This document shows, piece after piece, positions 12,901 to 28,320 of a stretch of DNA of 64,000 nt. Source of the stretch: Trichoplax sp. H2 (lineage: Eukaryota). The notes under the pieces were generated by a model. The model searched no databases. It saw only the letters and a list, made by a program, of their open reading frames with translations, and was not told the DNA's origin. Within the stretch, counting starts at the first letter, position 1; each line of letters opens with the position of its first letter. The stretch spans positions 620,001-684,000 of the forward strand of contig NOWV01000024.1 in the NCBI GenBank assembly GCA_003344405.1. Direction: 5' to 3'. The translations under genes were made by a program, and so were the position numbers.

Positions 12901-15900
12901 TATAAATAAATTGCTGAAAGATATAACAAGATTTCTTACCTAAATACCTTGATATTATACCAGTATTATGGCTTATAACTACAGAAATACTATTATTAGG
13001 CAGATTACTCTTTTAATCAATCAGATGACTGAGTGTGTATTTGGTATACTGCTTATACTTGTCAAAACAGTAGTAAAGACAGATTAAATCCAATCAAGGT
13101 TTAGCATCTTACCCCATTCTGGCTGCCATTTGATTGATCTTTCAATTGATCAATTTGCTTTTGAAGCAGATCTATTCGACTATTCCTCTCTTTCAATTCC
13201 TATTACGTATGTGAAAATGAATTAGTTTGATGGCACGTTCTTTCCAGCAAAGATACAGCATTTTATGTATCTTAATAAGAAAGGAGATTATCCTACGACA
13301 GACTTGTTCTAATAGCATATTTTCACGATCCGTTTTAGCCACATAGACTTCTAGTTGTTTCAGTTTTGGCATGACTTTGGCTGCATCGTTAAATGTTGTT
13401 ACTGAAATTATAGAACCGTTACTTTAATTAAGATCCAAGAAGAATTTAGGCTTAATGATTTGATAATTCAAGATAATTTCGCAGCTTGTTGATTAATTAA
13501 TTCAGTAAAATAAGGGATTTGCTAGGTGTCATGAGTATTTCAAGTTTTAGTTAATCAATCCATTTGCAAATCCCTATTACTAAGTTGCGACTATTATCAA
13601 GTAATAATCTTATATTGAGACAATGGCAATATCCCAACAAATTGATACAAATAAAGCATCAATTGGGTATTTAGAATCCAAGATTAGCTCAAAAATAACC
13701 GATTGAATGCTAAAATAATACTGTAGAGGCAATAGTCTACTAGATTGGTCAATGAGAAATTACTCATCAAAGTAGATTTTAGAGATGAAATACAGCAACA
13801 GCAATAAATTGTGCCATTAATGAAGTAAGCACAGTTACCGCGAATATCAACTTAAAGCTAGCAAGCTTACCTTTCCTATCCAGGAAATGCCTCAAATTTT
13901 CAATGCATACATCTCTTAATTCCAGCTTTTCTTGTAACTTTGAATTCTCATTTTCTAGCTCGCCCAATTTATTGGATAATAATAACATATCTTTAATCAT
14001 TTGCTCTTTGTCACTCTGTAACATTTTTAATTCTTCAGAGCGTTCGTTAGATTGCGATTCTTGTAATCGATTATTGATTTGCTTTTGCATCTTCAGTTCC
14101 TTATGTAAGTCTTGGATAATTTCAGCCCGATTCTAGTCGATATTAAATGAGTAGGGTTACTTTTCATTTCCGCAGAAAAGCAGACATTGTTGATATGTTG
14201 TCTTTTAAATCAAGATCGGAATGGTTAAAATTCTTAAATTTGGATTATAATAATAATTGTCGCCATATTCTTAATTTTACAAAGGTATCAAATTTAGATA
14301 GCAAAGTCTTCGAACTAGTAGGATATTTGCTGGAAGATATTAGTGATTACATCATCTTTATTCCTTTACTCATACATGAGCTTAGGCTAGAACGTTTTTA
14401 GTTTGTCTCAAGTCGGATAGCACAAAGGCTAATAGATTCTAATTCATGAGCTATTCTCAGAATTCGCCATCATTGCTCCTATTTTTTTATACGATGATAC
14501 GCTAAAGCAATATTGATATTCTTCACTTTTTAATGGCCACAAGTCCGAAAAAGGAACACTTTAGAACTACTTACTGGAAGCGCATTTCAAAATTTGAATT
14601 ATAAAATTCTATTTTATCTGCTTCATGCATTCTAATCTATACGAAAAAAAGCTTTACCTTCGATATTCTTAGTTCTGCAATGTTTTGAGTTAAAACAAAT
14701 GTCTTATAGCTACTGGGCACAAGCTTAAGGTAATTTAAAATCTTAAAAATGGAATATTACCCTATTGCATATGGACTATGTTAAATCAACTTTGATCTAA
14801 GCAAAAGTTTCAAATTTAAAAATAAAAAGTTTTGAGCGATCAAGTATTTATAAAATACCCCATAATTTCCACGGGGTTCTGCATAGCAATATAATTTAAG
14901 CTACCAACTTTGCAATTTTAATTAAAATTAAAAGAAAAATTTTCCTATACTACCGTTGTGCATTCAGCTTTATCGTATAATCTTATTCAAGAGCATCGAA
15001 AGCTATTAAAAGCGGTACTACTTTTACAATTTCTATATAGGTATTCTGGCCAATCTAGGTTTTACAAGTAATCAATATTTCTCACCGAGCTTGGAATGCC
15101 CTTATGATTCAGATAAATTGAGTTACTTTAGGTTTTAATATAAATATTAAAATTAAAAAATTCTTTTTCTGATTATTTGAGCATTTCATTAATATTTGTT
15201 AGCTTCAAAGGTATTTTAGAGGGTTGAGCGAATTAGAATTCTTGCACCAGCTCATTGGGTTAACTAATCTATATCTATCGATTTTAGATTAGTAATAAAT
15301 TGATTTCATTGACTTATTTCTTAACTGAGGCATTTTTAAATCTGGAGAAATTCTATTTCAGTAGTAAAGTAAAGATCTGTAGTACGGTACTTCTCGTATA
15401 ATTTCAATAGTTTGATCAATTACTGGCCTCATAATTAAGAAACTTACGGATTTTACTCGATGCTGGAGAGGAATTTTTTTGTATTCCGGCTACACTATGC
15501 CTAAATCGCATTTATAGAGTTTGTAGTATTTGCAATTGGGATACAGTAGACCTTCTAACTAGTCTGCAAGTATTTAAAATATCGTAAAAGTTCTATAGGT
15601 AAAATGTCTAACAGTAATTTTATAAGAAAACGCAATGACACTAAATACATAGCTTATTTTAAATCCTTATTGTTTTGATGGAATTTCCTATCTTTTGTCA
15701 GCAATAATGAATTATTCAGTGCATAATTAATGATCAGTAATATGGGTATCAATTCTTTTCAAGAACGATACTAATAAATCTTATTTTTTAAATAACTTTC
15801 ATAGCATCCCAATCATGTACTGGTGTTATCCTAGGAGTGCATGAATTAATTATATACGTATGGTCATCCTACAAAAGATGTAAGCTGTTATAATCTAAAA

Positions 15901-17684
15901 CTTATAATATTCGATCGTATTGATATTTAAAAAACTCCCTTAGAAATTGGACAAACTTTATTTATCATCGGTCATAATCTAGACGTAGGGAAAGTGATGA
16001 AATATTTGGAACCGTCCTTAAAGTGCTAAAGAGTTGTGGTACTCGTTTGCTCAAAATTAAAATAATAAATAGGAGCTTCAGTAAGGATTTATGGTTCTAT
16101 CGATACAATGGTCACACTTTTTTCGGTAATGGTATTCCGTACGGAAATATAAAGGCAGCACGGTCATTTCTAGGAGTTTCAATTAGAATTTATGATCCTA
16201 TAGATCTTATGCTCTTTTTTCTTGGTAACAGTATATCATAGGGAAAGATCAAGGGTGGCATGGTTATTTCTGGTAGTAATTTTCGGATACCAGCAGTAGG
16301 AAAATACAGTTGGGTTGGGAATGTAACAGGATTTAATTTGATTGACTTATTGTAACTATAAGGTAACTTCCTTCCTGTAAATTATTTATCTGATAGATCC
16401 TTACTAATCGTAAATTCCTTTTGCTGTTTGGATAATTAGCGATAGTAGAGATCTTAGAACTCAAAGCGTAGTAGGTATTTAAATAAATAATACGTATAGA
16501 TACCGTCTTAGTTCATATTTTGGAGCATGGCTGTCATATCAGGAAATAAAATCCATAACAAGATGGTATAACACTGTTGGTTCGAGGACGGCGTAGATTT
16601 TCCTTACGCGGAAACATCATACGGATCTCTTAACAATCTAATTATATTTTGTTTCATTTTAGGGAGCTGATGATAACTAGACCAGGTGAAAGTAAGTATA
16701 GCTTCTGATATCAAAATTTTAGAGCATTTTTTCATGGTACTGAATGCAGCCTTGCAATGATTAATTAACGATAATTTTCAGGCAGCAATTAGGTTTAAAT
16801 ATTTTTAGGGCAATTAATGCATAATGAATATTGTTCTTTAAACTAAATATAGACTTGCACATGTTATTTCAAAATATTAGGGGCCTCAGATAGATATAAA
16901 ATTCTTTATAAAATCAAGGTATTTGAAATTGCTTAGTGTCCATTGTAATGTGCAAACGAATGATCAAATCAAGCAATAAAAAAATAAATAAACTTACTTG
17001 AGATTCCTCCATGATCATTTTAAATCGATCTTTTAGTAATTCAGATTTTTCCACTTCTTCTCGCTTAATCATACTTTCTTTCTTTAATTCAGGACTCCAG
17101 AATGTTTTAATACTATTGACAGTAGCGGCTAACTTTGAATCTTTTAATTTAATTTCTTTACGTAAATTTTCATTTTCTGCTTTTAAGACGCCTAATGTTT
17201 CCATTAATTGGCCGTATTGATTGGATTGGTAGGAAGGTGTTGTTGAATTATATATCGAATGATAGGAATTAGCGTGACTATTGATCATATCTATACTATG
17301 GTTATGATGGTTATGCAATTGATCAAGATGTTGATGGTGATGAGGAGAGAGTGGAGGAGAGGTAGAATAATTATTGTGCTGTGGTGGAGGCGGATGATGA
17401 TTTTGATTCATGTACGGTGTACTATTTCCATAATTGTTTTCCGTCATTTGGATAGGAGATGCTGATGATGTACTCATCTCATACGGATAATTTCTAGCAT
17501 GTTGGTTTGCTGGCGACGGAGATGAGCGATTAACATGATTATGGATGATGGGTTGCGGTGAAAATTTACCAGCTCCAGATGATGAAACAGACGAATAAAT
17601 TGAATTTTCTATTCCATGATCATTATTTTGCTGTGACATGGATGGACTACCATGTCCATAAGGCGATGAGTTATAATTATCCAT
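6972..17684 (-). CDS. ERC1: ELKS/ERC/CAST-family coiled-coil active-zone scaffold (~13 coding exons, ~890 aa by hand count)
   Basis: Family-diagnostic segments: KDSKLAATVNSIKTFWSPELKKE (exon 17684-16998), VEIFKSHSKFMKAK (~12722-12633) and LLSNISEKDHKASTLELSS (~10754-10221). Other exons: 14132-13871, 13401-13304, ~13199-13113, ~12457-12289, ~11997-11887, ~11785-11687, ~11392-11231, ~11110-11035, 7785-7627 and terminal 7106-6972 (...LEDAPEFPLPE*). Confidence 0.9.
8670..10120. repeat. Degenerate ~230 bp repeat, about 4 copies, in the ERC intron
   Basis: Recurring tctgattaatc..tattagctag..agtcta..ctagatattttta..gatcgg..ttttagattt..aaggtat at ~8675, 8905, 9667 and 9905, plus a partial copy near 8320. 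Confidence 0.8.
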
Positions 17685-20600
17685 GATTCAATTTTAGATT
17701 ACTATGAAATTGTATTTCAACAAAATAAATTAATAGCCAGATAGTCGGTAGACTATCAACAATTCATAAAGCGAATTTAGATCTTTCTTTCTAATCTTAT
17801 CGATGGAATGATCACACGATAATGATCCAAGAGTAGAAATAATATCCAATGACAGGAGCAAATCTTGAATTGAACTTTTGCACTGGATGGAACAAAAATC
17901 TTCTGAATTATGCATGAATGATATAAATTTCTATATTAGATGTATAATCATCTTGCTCGTCATTAGAAGAGACGATTCATGTTGAATATAACAAACTGGA
18001 AACTCTGTATAATTCTTCTTCAAATAATTCAGTTGCTGAATAGTCAATAAATTGAAAGAGGCAACAATGAGTCAGTATCGAATGGAAAATAAAGATCAAT
18101 TCAATTCACGGGTAATATTGGTTAGATTATTTAATCGATATCGTATCATCCTACCATTCATTATATACCATAAGCATAAATAATTACAGTTTATGATATT
18201 TAGATTATTTAATTTAAGATTAAAATATGTACTAGGAAAAAATTACACCCACACTTGCTTTGAAGAGAATAAGAAAGTTGGATTTATTTTATAAAATAGT
18301 TTAGTAACTGCATATTTTTATCGCAAAGAAGTGGATCCTAGAAATATTTTATCCAATCTCTGCTTTACGGGGTATTTTGATGGAAAGGATAAACCTCTTA
18401 GGAGTTAATTGCATCATTCCCCATAGAATAAGATTTATCAACAGTGAAATTGATGCTAATTAACTTAAACAGCTTAAAGAATGGCTATAAAAGGGTTTCT
18501 TTTAGCCCAGACACTTAATCTGAATGTTTACTACGAAATCCTAAGTGAAGTACTGCTAAAATAAATTAAAAAAATAAGGCTCATAGTAGATTAAGATAAT
18601 TAATACATTAATAGAGTATTTCAACAGTCGTAAGAAAGCTTGTAGCCGAAGACAAACTAGATTTAAAATTTCAGGCTATTTTCTATATTAGAATCCAGTA
18701 TATCAAAAATTAAAATTAATTCTTGGAGCAATAGAATAGCAAGTTATTCTGCCTGTTTGAAATGATTAGTATACGAAATTTAAAATATTCTATGTAATTG
18801 AAGTTGAAACCATAGCAGGATAGATTTAATAACTATGATTAGCATATTGAAATATTCATTTGGCCCTTACCTGCAGACTATCAGCAAAATTGATTATTAA
18901 GTAAATTTAAGCAGTTCTGTCTGCATCAGAAGCGATCACTGTATTTAAATACCTGAGTTAAAATTCAATTAAACTATAGATGTAGTAAATCCGGAAGCTG
19001 CACTTTCTATTCGGAATGCTCAATATACTATGGAATTATTTAACCGGTTATACATTAATTGGAAGTTATTTAACTCACAAAAATGATACTCAGTGTGGTG
19101 TATTTAGAATATACTTTAACTATATTCTACTCTTAAATATAGACATGTTGCATTGATCTTATCTATAGACATATCTACAGTGTGTTCGCTCTATATTCAA
19201 ATAATGCTTACTACATTTAGTTATTATAGTCCTCGCTATTTTCTACAATCATCTGCTATTCTATAACCTGTTATGGCATATGTTGTATCTGTTATATCTA
19301 ATCCTACAATCATGTTCTCTGCATGTGTTCTAATGCCATAGTTATAAATACCGCCGTTTTCTACCTTAATTTTCTTAAGTTGCATTATTAGTCACAGTTA
19401 GTATTCACACTTTACTCACGGTAGCTATCACGCTGACCTACCGTAATTATCATACTGTACCTAACTACTATCTACAATAAAGAATCCTCTTTTCTTAAGC
19501 TCCTTGTGCAATTCTCTGTATGGCAGCTAAAACTACATTATCTGACTCTTCGAACCCCCCATCGCACTCAGCTTACAGGAAATGATCACTGTTGCATTTC
19601 CTAGCCAGAATATTGTCCCTTAACTAAATTTTAGCTACTAAGGAAAGAAATAGTCTACTTTCCACGATCGATTGTCCCCAAATTTGGCTACTTATTTAGA
19701 ATCTCAGAATTGGGATGTGCTATCTGCTTAAAATGATCGCAATTACATGAAACTATACCTTAATCTTATAATAGACGGAATTTAGGTGTACATCGAAAGT
19801 GATATTCTGGATATTTGGAATAATGGCCATCATCTTTAACTTCAATTAATAATAAGCTACCAGTGAAAGAAATACTTTATGAATTGGCAATAATAGCCAT
19901 CACATTTAATTAAGTAATGAATATGGAGTAGCTTAATTTATATTAAGCAGCCATGGAAAAGAGATATTCCTGTGATTTTTATCGCTTTTAATTGTCTAGT
20001 CTTCAAAATGCCGTTGTAATCAAGCCATCTGCTAAAGATAGATTTTACACGATGAAATCGTTCTCATTACATTATCAGATAGCTTTGTCTACAAATAAAC
20101 TTTCAATAGAGTAATTTTAGAAAACTAGCATTCGTTTCGGACAGTCCCGACAACATTTGAATATTCATACCGCTACTTTAAGTAAGTAAACTATCTACTA
20201 GATAGATCTGAAAGTAGTTAGAAATGTTCTCTAGATTGTAATTTTATTATTAGCTAAAATCTACTTATGGTGGATTTTATGATACGATTCATGATTGTCT
20301 GAGTATGCACCTCCATTACCATGAGTAAAATGGCCAGCGATAAAAATTTTAGACTGCAATCTAGCCATAATCTGTTAGCGTACGCTTGAGCATATACGCA
20401 AATTATTGTAAGTAAAATATCTTCTGGCGAAAGTCATAGAGACAAAATTTGATTGCAATATGCCGATAAGTCACGATGTATATCTACTCGAAAGTATGAT
20501 CGAAATCAAGTAAAATAGAATAGACTATGACTAAGAAATTGAACTGAAATCGGATCATCATATATACTTTTATACGTACGCGTATCTGCATCGGAAACTG

Positions 20601-22844
20601 TCTATGGGTACAAAAATAGAAAGTCATCTTCTTATAGTGCACGCCATATTCACTTGAACGTGTATTCTTAAATTGCTATTAATAATAGTCTTCTCCAAGT
20701 ACAAGTAAAACACGACTGATATTAATCCACTTCGATTTACATATAAGTCGCCATTATTCTATTGCCTTCTGGCAAAATAATTAGACTCAGATCCAATTGT
20801 CATCTATTTTATGTTGTGTATCTGTTCAGAATTTACTTGTGCTATTTTACAGCATGTCACCCCACAAACTTATTAGGCTAGAATCTAATCTTAATATAGA
20901 TAATAGAGCCTATACGTTTCTACGTGTGCCTGATCCATTAAGGGGAGTAAACTATACTGAAATGTTATTAAGATATAGTTTACTTCTGGAAATTGAAATA
21001 ATTATAGTACAGGTAGATTTCTAAGTAGTATTTAATGGTTTAGAGGTAGAGGTTTCGATAAATTAAATTGATGGTTAGGACTAAAGATTCATTGTGACTG
21101 TAAAACTTTTTGGAATCTTTGATGAGTTATCTAGACTCGATTATTTTGTCAACATTTGCTATCTAGGTTGAAGATTATTAGCAGCAAACAGCCATATCAG
21201 AGTCGCAGATGTAGCAACCAAATTCTATCCCACTTCATTAATCAAATCTTTAGACTACGTGAATAATTTTAACGATAAATCAATAAAATAACTGTTGTTA
21301 AAATCTAGACAAGGCAATCTGTGATTCCTTACTACATTAATTCAAGTAAATGTATAGATAGTATTAAGTGTTATAACTAGCAATTTGTATTACTTAAACC
21401 CATTTATAATCCTTTAATATTTGATGCAGGACAGTACAAGTTTCAATTTAGTAAAATTTGTTGGCAATGTTAAACATAAATCGAGTTGATCGTTAGTACT
21501 AGAGTCTCTGATGAGACAACGAGACTTGATATTCGTCTGATCATATTTAATCAATCAATAGCCATAAATTACAACTATAACCATTGCTAGAGTCATTGAT
21601 GAGGTTTTAAATTCTATTATTTACGACCATAAATTGGCCTAATTTATAGTTTGTATTAATGAATTTTTTGATATAATAATTATACTCAATTATTTGTGAA
21701 TTGGTCAAATTTACATTTAGTATTTAATGTTTCACTTTGAGATTTTCTTGATGACTAGAATCTGTGATAGGATGTAAGGATTTGCTTCTTATTTGATCCA
21801 TATAGTAAAGGGTTCCGTACAAAAATCTACAATTACCAGGATAACAATTTAGCTTACAGGAATATTTATTATCTTTATTGGATTTGAATTATACAGTAAG
21901 GCAATATTTTTATCGGCGCTAAATTTATTTGTAAGGGTTCATGTTGTTTGTCCTGATGATTTTTTGTAGTGAGAAGTGGATATTACAGGATTTTAAATTA
22001 TTAGAGATAAAGATAGTTACCAAAATTGTAAATTTTTCTGAACCATTGATACTGTCCAACAAAATTAGTAGGTCCGATATAAGTCCTTGTATTGATAGTA
22101 AGGCAAATTGATAGAGATTTCGTATGGGGAAACAGTAGCAGTTGTGAGAAAATTTAGTTTAAGACACTTTAGAAATCTCTATGAGTGGATTGATGCCATA
22201 TTTAGTAATAACAAATCTCCATAGAAATACTAGCATGGTAATCTTAGCAATAAACTATGAAAGAAATCAATCCCAACATATTATACTTATTCCCAAGGAT
22301 CTAGACAGAATCTAAGTTTATTAATGACTTATAGCAAAAATGAATTCGCGTAAGAAAAACTATCCATGATTGGAAGGAATTGACTATAAAGCAATTAGAA
22401 GTTAGTATGGTCTTTTTTAGCTATATTTTACGGCAGTATATAGCTAAGTAGATTGCATAGTGTCAGGATAATCTATCTAATAAATTAGAAATAGTAAACT
22501 CTAATTAAAGATTACAGTCATCTTTCATCTGTTTATATTGTACTAAATGGTACAGGATTTTCCATCTTATCTTGACGATATCCGATTACGCTTAGAGACT
22601 AGCAAGTTAACGGTAGAATAATTTAGAATCAAACAATATTGCTATCTACTGCTCCTCAACATCCAAAGATGCAAATTAAATCTACTAACGTGATTCTTTT
22701 TTCGGAGAATAGCATATTACTGAAAGCATTTAAATACCATCGTCAATTTTGATATAATTTTTCAAGCCTTATTTAAATCGATGTGTAGCTGTGATAATTA
22801 ATTTTATCTAAGAAATTCCCTTGCTATCAATATAGTGATTCCAA

Positions 22845-23320
22845 ATCAGATGTGGGCCATCTTTTTCTAAACTATAAATCATGCCTAGACTAAATCTTCC
22901 CTATCACAGTGATGGTCGGTAATGCATTAATATAATAAACCAGAATCAAATGTATTTCCATCCTTTTCTAATATATAAATTACGTCTAGACTAAATCTTC
23001 ACTACCAAAGTGATGGCCGCCAATGTATTAATAGATAAATCCGATACGATGCCATACTTTTCTAAGCTGTAAATTGCATCTAGATTAAATCTTCACTTTA
23101 GCAGTGATACCTGGCAATGTATCATTATAATAAACCGGAATCAGATGCGATGCTATTATTTTATAAGCTATAAATTATGTTTAGATTAAGTCTTCATTTT
23201 AACGGTGATAGCCGGCAATGTATTAATATAGTAAACTAGAATCAGATGTGATACCATCCTTTACTAAGCTATCAATAATATCTAGATTAAGTCTTCGCTG
23301 CAATAGTAATAGCCAGCAAA
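22845..23320. repeat. Tandem repeat, ~100 bp unit, ~5 copies
   Basis: (c/t)taga(c/t)taa(a/g)tcttc recurs at ~22886, 22986, 23080, 23181 and 23282, with conserved flanks (gtgat..g.caatg.attaata). Confidence 0.85.
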
Positions 23321-26300
23321 TAGGATTTCACATGAGGAGAACAGTATATTTTTGGTAAAGTAATCGATAGCTTAAGATTGTTTCTGATTTTTTTAATATT
23401 GCTCAGCACCATGGTAGCATCTAGAATAAAATTTCCTTTTTGAAGTACAGTAGAAAAAAGGAAGGAGGTAGAAATAAGAAGTCATAGTCAACAACTATTA
23501 CTAGCCTTCACTTGCCTGTGTCAACGATTCTGAAGTAAAGTCATTTTTCTCTTGCCAAGAGGATAGTAAGAGAGGATCACATTCATTAAATTTGAAATAG
23601 TATGTTACCATATTACGAAAACACCTACGGTGGGTGAGATTATTGTTATATCATCATCGCTAATAAAGCATTTAGAATTAATCAATTCTTCTTTTCTAGA
23701 CCATGTAGCAAAATTAGATGATAAAATTGTAGAATTTTGGCAAGATTGATCAGTGTTGTACAAGTCTTATGCAAAATTTTTGTCTAATTTTATCCTTATT
23801 ATCGTATAATTTGCCTAGCAAAATGATGACAAAGCTACGGTTATAAAGTTGATGATGGTATAACAAGCTAAATTAAATATTGTCAGTCCTGGTAAGCAAA
23901 TAGCTTCATCAACTAATTAGTTATTTTAATTTTTTGCAAATCAATCTTTTAAATATAGTATCCATTACTCTTCGTTGCAAACAATATTGTAGACGATGCC
24001 TTTAGCTTCATAAATTGGAGAATAACCCATTAATATATCCAAAATTATTTAAAAAATGTATTTACAGTGATTGCATGAAACAATTATTTGATCATGGAAG
24101 ATAACACAGTCTATTTTATCATACCATGTTTTACATGGTCATCTAAGGCCATTTTGATCAAGGGCTTTAAAACCAAGATTTTATTTAAACTTCAAAAGGC
24201 GGAAATTTCGTTCTCTCTTGCAATGGTTGACTATTTAATGTAAGTCAGTGATCATTAATACTGGGTTAATTCCAGTGTTAAAGCTGTCTTCTACAATTCT
24301 ATTTCCATGATGTAATATAAAACTCGGTGGAACACGGAGAAGGAGTTTAACAGCCTTCATTTCGAGGAATCAAAGATTATTTTTATAAATGATGCCCATT
24401 TTAAGGGCCGATCAACGTAAAGGATGTTAAGCCTATACTTTCCATTTCCTTAAAAAGATTATCTCAGAACCCTCTATTTGCGGCAAATAGCACCGGAAGG
24501 CATGCTAAACTAGTAATATAGTCGTTACCCATAGGTAGAATCATTTTAAATTGATCTTAGCTTCATTAAGCATTTCATTTAGACATTAGTAATCAGTTTA
24601 ATAGCGTCTATGATGAACAGTTGATGATAACGATTGATGAGTAAACAGTCAACGTAGCCCAAGATACAATTAGACGAGGTTAAAAGTTTAACTATGATAG
24701 AGTTATTTTTAATCTTTTTTTAAAACAAGAATGTTCGAATGATAGGTTACAACAGTCGTTGATTATTAATCCCTTCTACTTGCTTTCTTTCATCAATTTC
24801 AGCCAACGCTTTGACTAATGAATTCTATTTGAAATTAACCTACCATCACTTTTCGACTGGATCAATCATCATAAAATTTACTCAAGCAGCTATCAAAATG
24901 AATATTTTTACAGTATCTTCTATTTTATCCTTCGACTGCATAGATACCAACTGAGATACGTAGGAAGGATAGCTAAAAATCGTATTCAATTCTTAAATTA
25001 AGGCTATTCTTGTTGAGCTGAATCACGGACCTCGTTTAACTCTGTTAATTCATGAAGATGATGATCATCATGATCGAAATGGCTTTTTATGATTCATTCC
25101 GATCAGCGTTGGTTCATCTGTGCTTGTGCGTCTATTTTTTCTTTGCGTTATTTGACATTGACATTATTTTAACTCAATCAGGCATAGAAAAAAAATATAG
25201 CAACGACTGAATTTAGTAAAATAGATGGATTCCTAATGGAATCGATGGGAAATTAAATGAAAACAATGTCTAATAATAATGTAAAAAATAGGAAAACTCA
25301 ACGATTAAAGTAACAAGATGCTTGAGTTTAATCGAATTTTTTCCGCAAGAATAGCTGTAAAAATTCAATCTCCTTCTATTGTAAGAGAGTGTACTGTAGT
25401 TTTCAACATTTGGATGTGGTTTAGTGTAGAATCTTTTTCTCCCCACCCCTTAGAGAAAATATTCTTTCCACCTTTATTTTAATTGGTATCAATTGCTACA
25501 ATTATCTATTCTACTAAATGAAAAAGAACTTACTTGCTTTAGGTATTTCATGAAGTGCGATAAGAAGTTTAGAAAAATAGCTTGACTACGGAGAAGTGGA
25601 TAATGAAGAATAATATTAGCCTTTCCAAATGCAATAAATTGACATTCTTAACAGCATGAATACAAAAAAAGTATCTTCAAGCCCAAGTTAATTAACTGCT
25701 GGTCATCAAGTCTATACGATGTCGTAATTAGTTGGCCAAAAAACGATATAATAATATATTTAGTCTTTGTTCTACTTTATGTTCCAAGTAGAATTACATC
25801 TATATTATAATCAGTCAATATTGAAGGGGCACAAACACTAGCTTGGCCTATAGACTACGGTATAATGCCTCTACCCTATCCTCATCCTTTCCTATCGGGC
25901 AAAGAATAATTTGACTATAATAGACTGCAAGTTAACATACATTGCATATGGTTATCCTTGTTTTAGGCTTTTATTATACTAAGTAAAGAATACAATAGTA
26001 ATAATACAGTAAAATATGCAAACTTTTATGGTTAATTGAAGATATCTACTTCTCATAACATATATTAGAAATGTAGCTAGGAGAAAATAAACTATGGCTA
26101 GATGTATAAGATCAAATGACCTAGCTATGACTGTTGACGCGGTTTTTTTATAAACTCGATCTTTCATCACTTATAGAATAAATTTAAATTCAATTTCTGG
26201 ACAAGATGGAATGCCATGACTGTAGCTACGATGACACTATTTTTTATATAATATCTATCTCTTTCCCACTAAATGACTACGCGACCGCGTAGTGATCTAT

Positions 26301-27494
26301 TGCTAGCTTGAAATGATACTCATCGACATTGATCACTGTTTTATTGATTTAATAGCATGATTCTCCTTTTTCTTATATCCATATGAGTAATTGCCTTTCA
26401 ATCTAGCAGTCAAAATGATATGGATTACTTTACTCTGATATCGTAGATGATGTAGTATATCATTTCTCTCTTTATATAGGTATAGATGTCTACCGTATAT
26501 ATAGATCTGTTATATACAGTATATGTAGATATATGTAAACAGCTTTCTACTGTACTAGTTATGGATCCTTATAAAACACTTATCAAAATCTTCCTAAGTA
26601 GCATGAATACTTGCATTCGTTACGCATTAACTACTAATTATTCGAAAACCTTCGTCAACTACTCTCTATTTCTATTGCCTTTATTTATGATGAATTGAAT
26701 GTAAACGCTATTTTTGAAGACATTGACTATGTGCAAAACTAACATTTGAAATTCTCCTACATTTACAGCATCTCGGTATCTAAACCAATCATCGCTAGCG
26801 GAAAGAATAGTTACTATAGTAATTAATAAGCACGTGATCGACAATGACGCTTGGCTTGAACAGGAGGAGGAGAAGAAGGAGGAAAAGATGAAAAATAATA
26901 TTGAAATAGCCCCTTCCAATGATGATGATGAATTTCCTGCATGACATGATTTATATAGAGATGTGAATATCCTGATGAATTTACATAGCTAATACGATTC
27001 AACTGATTATCAAAATATCTGTCCATCAACTATCATGAAAGATGCTGGTCGTTGGTTGGTTTAGGGATGCAATTGATCGACATCAACTAGAAATTAAATA
27101 TAGATTGAACACAATTGGATCAAGAATGGATAGATAGTAGATAAAGGAAAGAATCGAGGATAGAAAGGATAGTCTATGGTGAATCAGACTAAAATTCGTT
27201 AGTGGCGTGCTGATTATAGGAAATAGCTAAGTAATATTGTTGGAAAGTCGATCGCAATCAAAATACGTAGATCATTCTATCCCGCTAGTTAAATAAGAGA
27301 CAAGATCAATATTATTGCAATTTAAAGTCAATTAGAATGATTGAAAAATTATACGTAAACCATTGGTTCAGGGAAAGAATCCAATCATGTAACCAATATT
27401 TTAAAGTGAATTAAAAATGGATGCTAAGAAAATGGCTTAGGTAGACAATTCATCGATAGGATATGACCTTGAAATTAAATTAGAAATGAATTTG

Positions 27495-28320
27495 ATAGTC
27501 GATACCAGCTGAAAATCAGCATACTTTATAATCGAATGGTGATGAGAATAAGTTAGAGACTGATAAAAGGATGAGATTAATTAGAAACGAGTTCAATAGG
27601 CGATACCGACTGAAAATCGATGTACTTTATGATCGAATTGCGACAAGAATAAGTCAAATACTGACGAGAGTAAGGAACAAAAATAAATATAATACGAAAT
27701 TCATCTAAGATTACATCATTCTAGCTAATATGAAAACTCCGATTCACATTGATTAAAAATTGAACTGAATTATGTCAGTAATAAGAGTAAGGCCGACGGA
27801 TACATAAAAACAAAATTTAACTACAATATTAAATCCTTCCTATATAGTATTATTCTAGCTAATGTGGAAAATTCCTATTCACATTGTTTAAAAATTGAAA
27901 CTAATTACATCAGTGAAGGGAGTAAGGTAGTGAAAGCATAAAAAATGCAAGTGCAAAGGCTATTATCAGAAACACGATAGAATATAATTATAAAATAAAA
28001 CCCATCCAATATAGTATTATTCTAGCTTATATGGAAAATTGATATTCATATCGATTGGGAACTGAGCTTGATTACGTCAGTAAAGGGAATAAGGCAGTGG
28101 ACGCATGAAAAATAGAGAGACAAATTGTTTCCATCAGAAACGCCACCGAACACAACTGCAGCATAAAATTCATCTAATATAGCATTATTTTAGCTAATAT
28201 GGAAAACTTATATCGATAGCGATCAATTAAAATCTGAAATTGATTACATCAGCAAATGGAGTAAGGTAGCGGATGGATGCACAAAAAATGAGAAGGATAA
28301 AGGCTGTCACCAGTAACTCG
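27495..28320. repeat. Degenerate tandem repeats (~100 bp x2, then ~135-170 bp x4)
   Basis: cgatacc..ctgaaaatc..tactttat.atcgaat at ~27500 and 27600. att(c/t)tagct.at.tg.aaa..gagtaagg at ~27718, 27852, 28018 and 28187. Confidence 0.8.

Noticed and set aside
13903..17465. + strand ORFs 13903-14136, 17011-17220 and 17259-17465
   Set aside because: These are antisense shadows of ERC coding exons.
22845..23320. Regularly spaced repeats suggestive of a CRISPR array
   Set aside because: The whole ~100 bp unit is repeated with divergence, there are no unique spacers or cas genes, and the context is eukaryotic.
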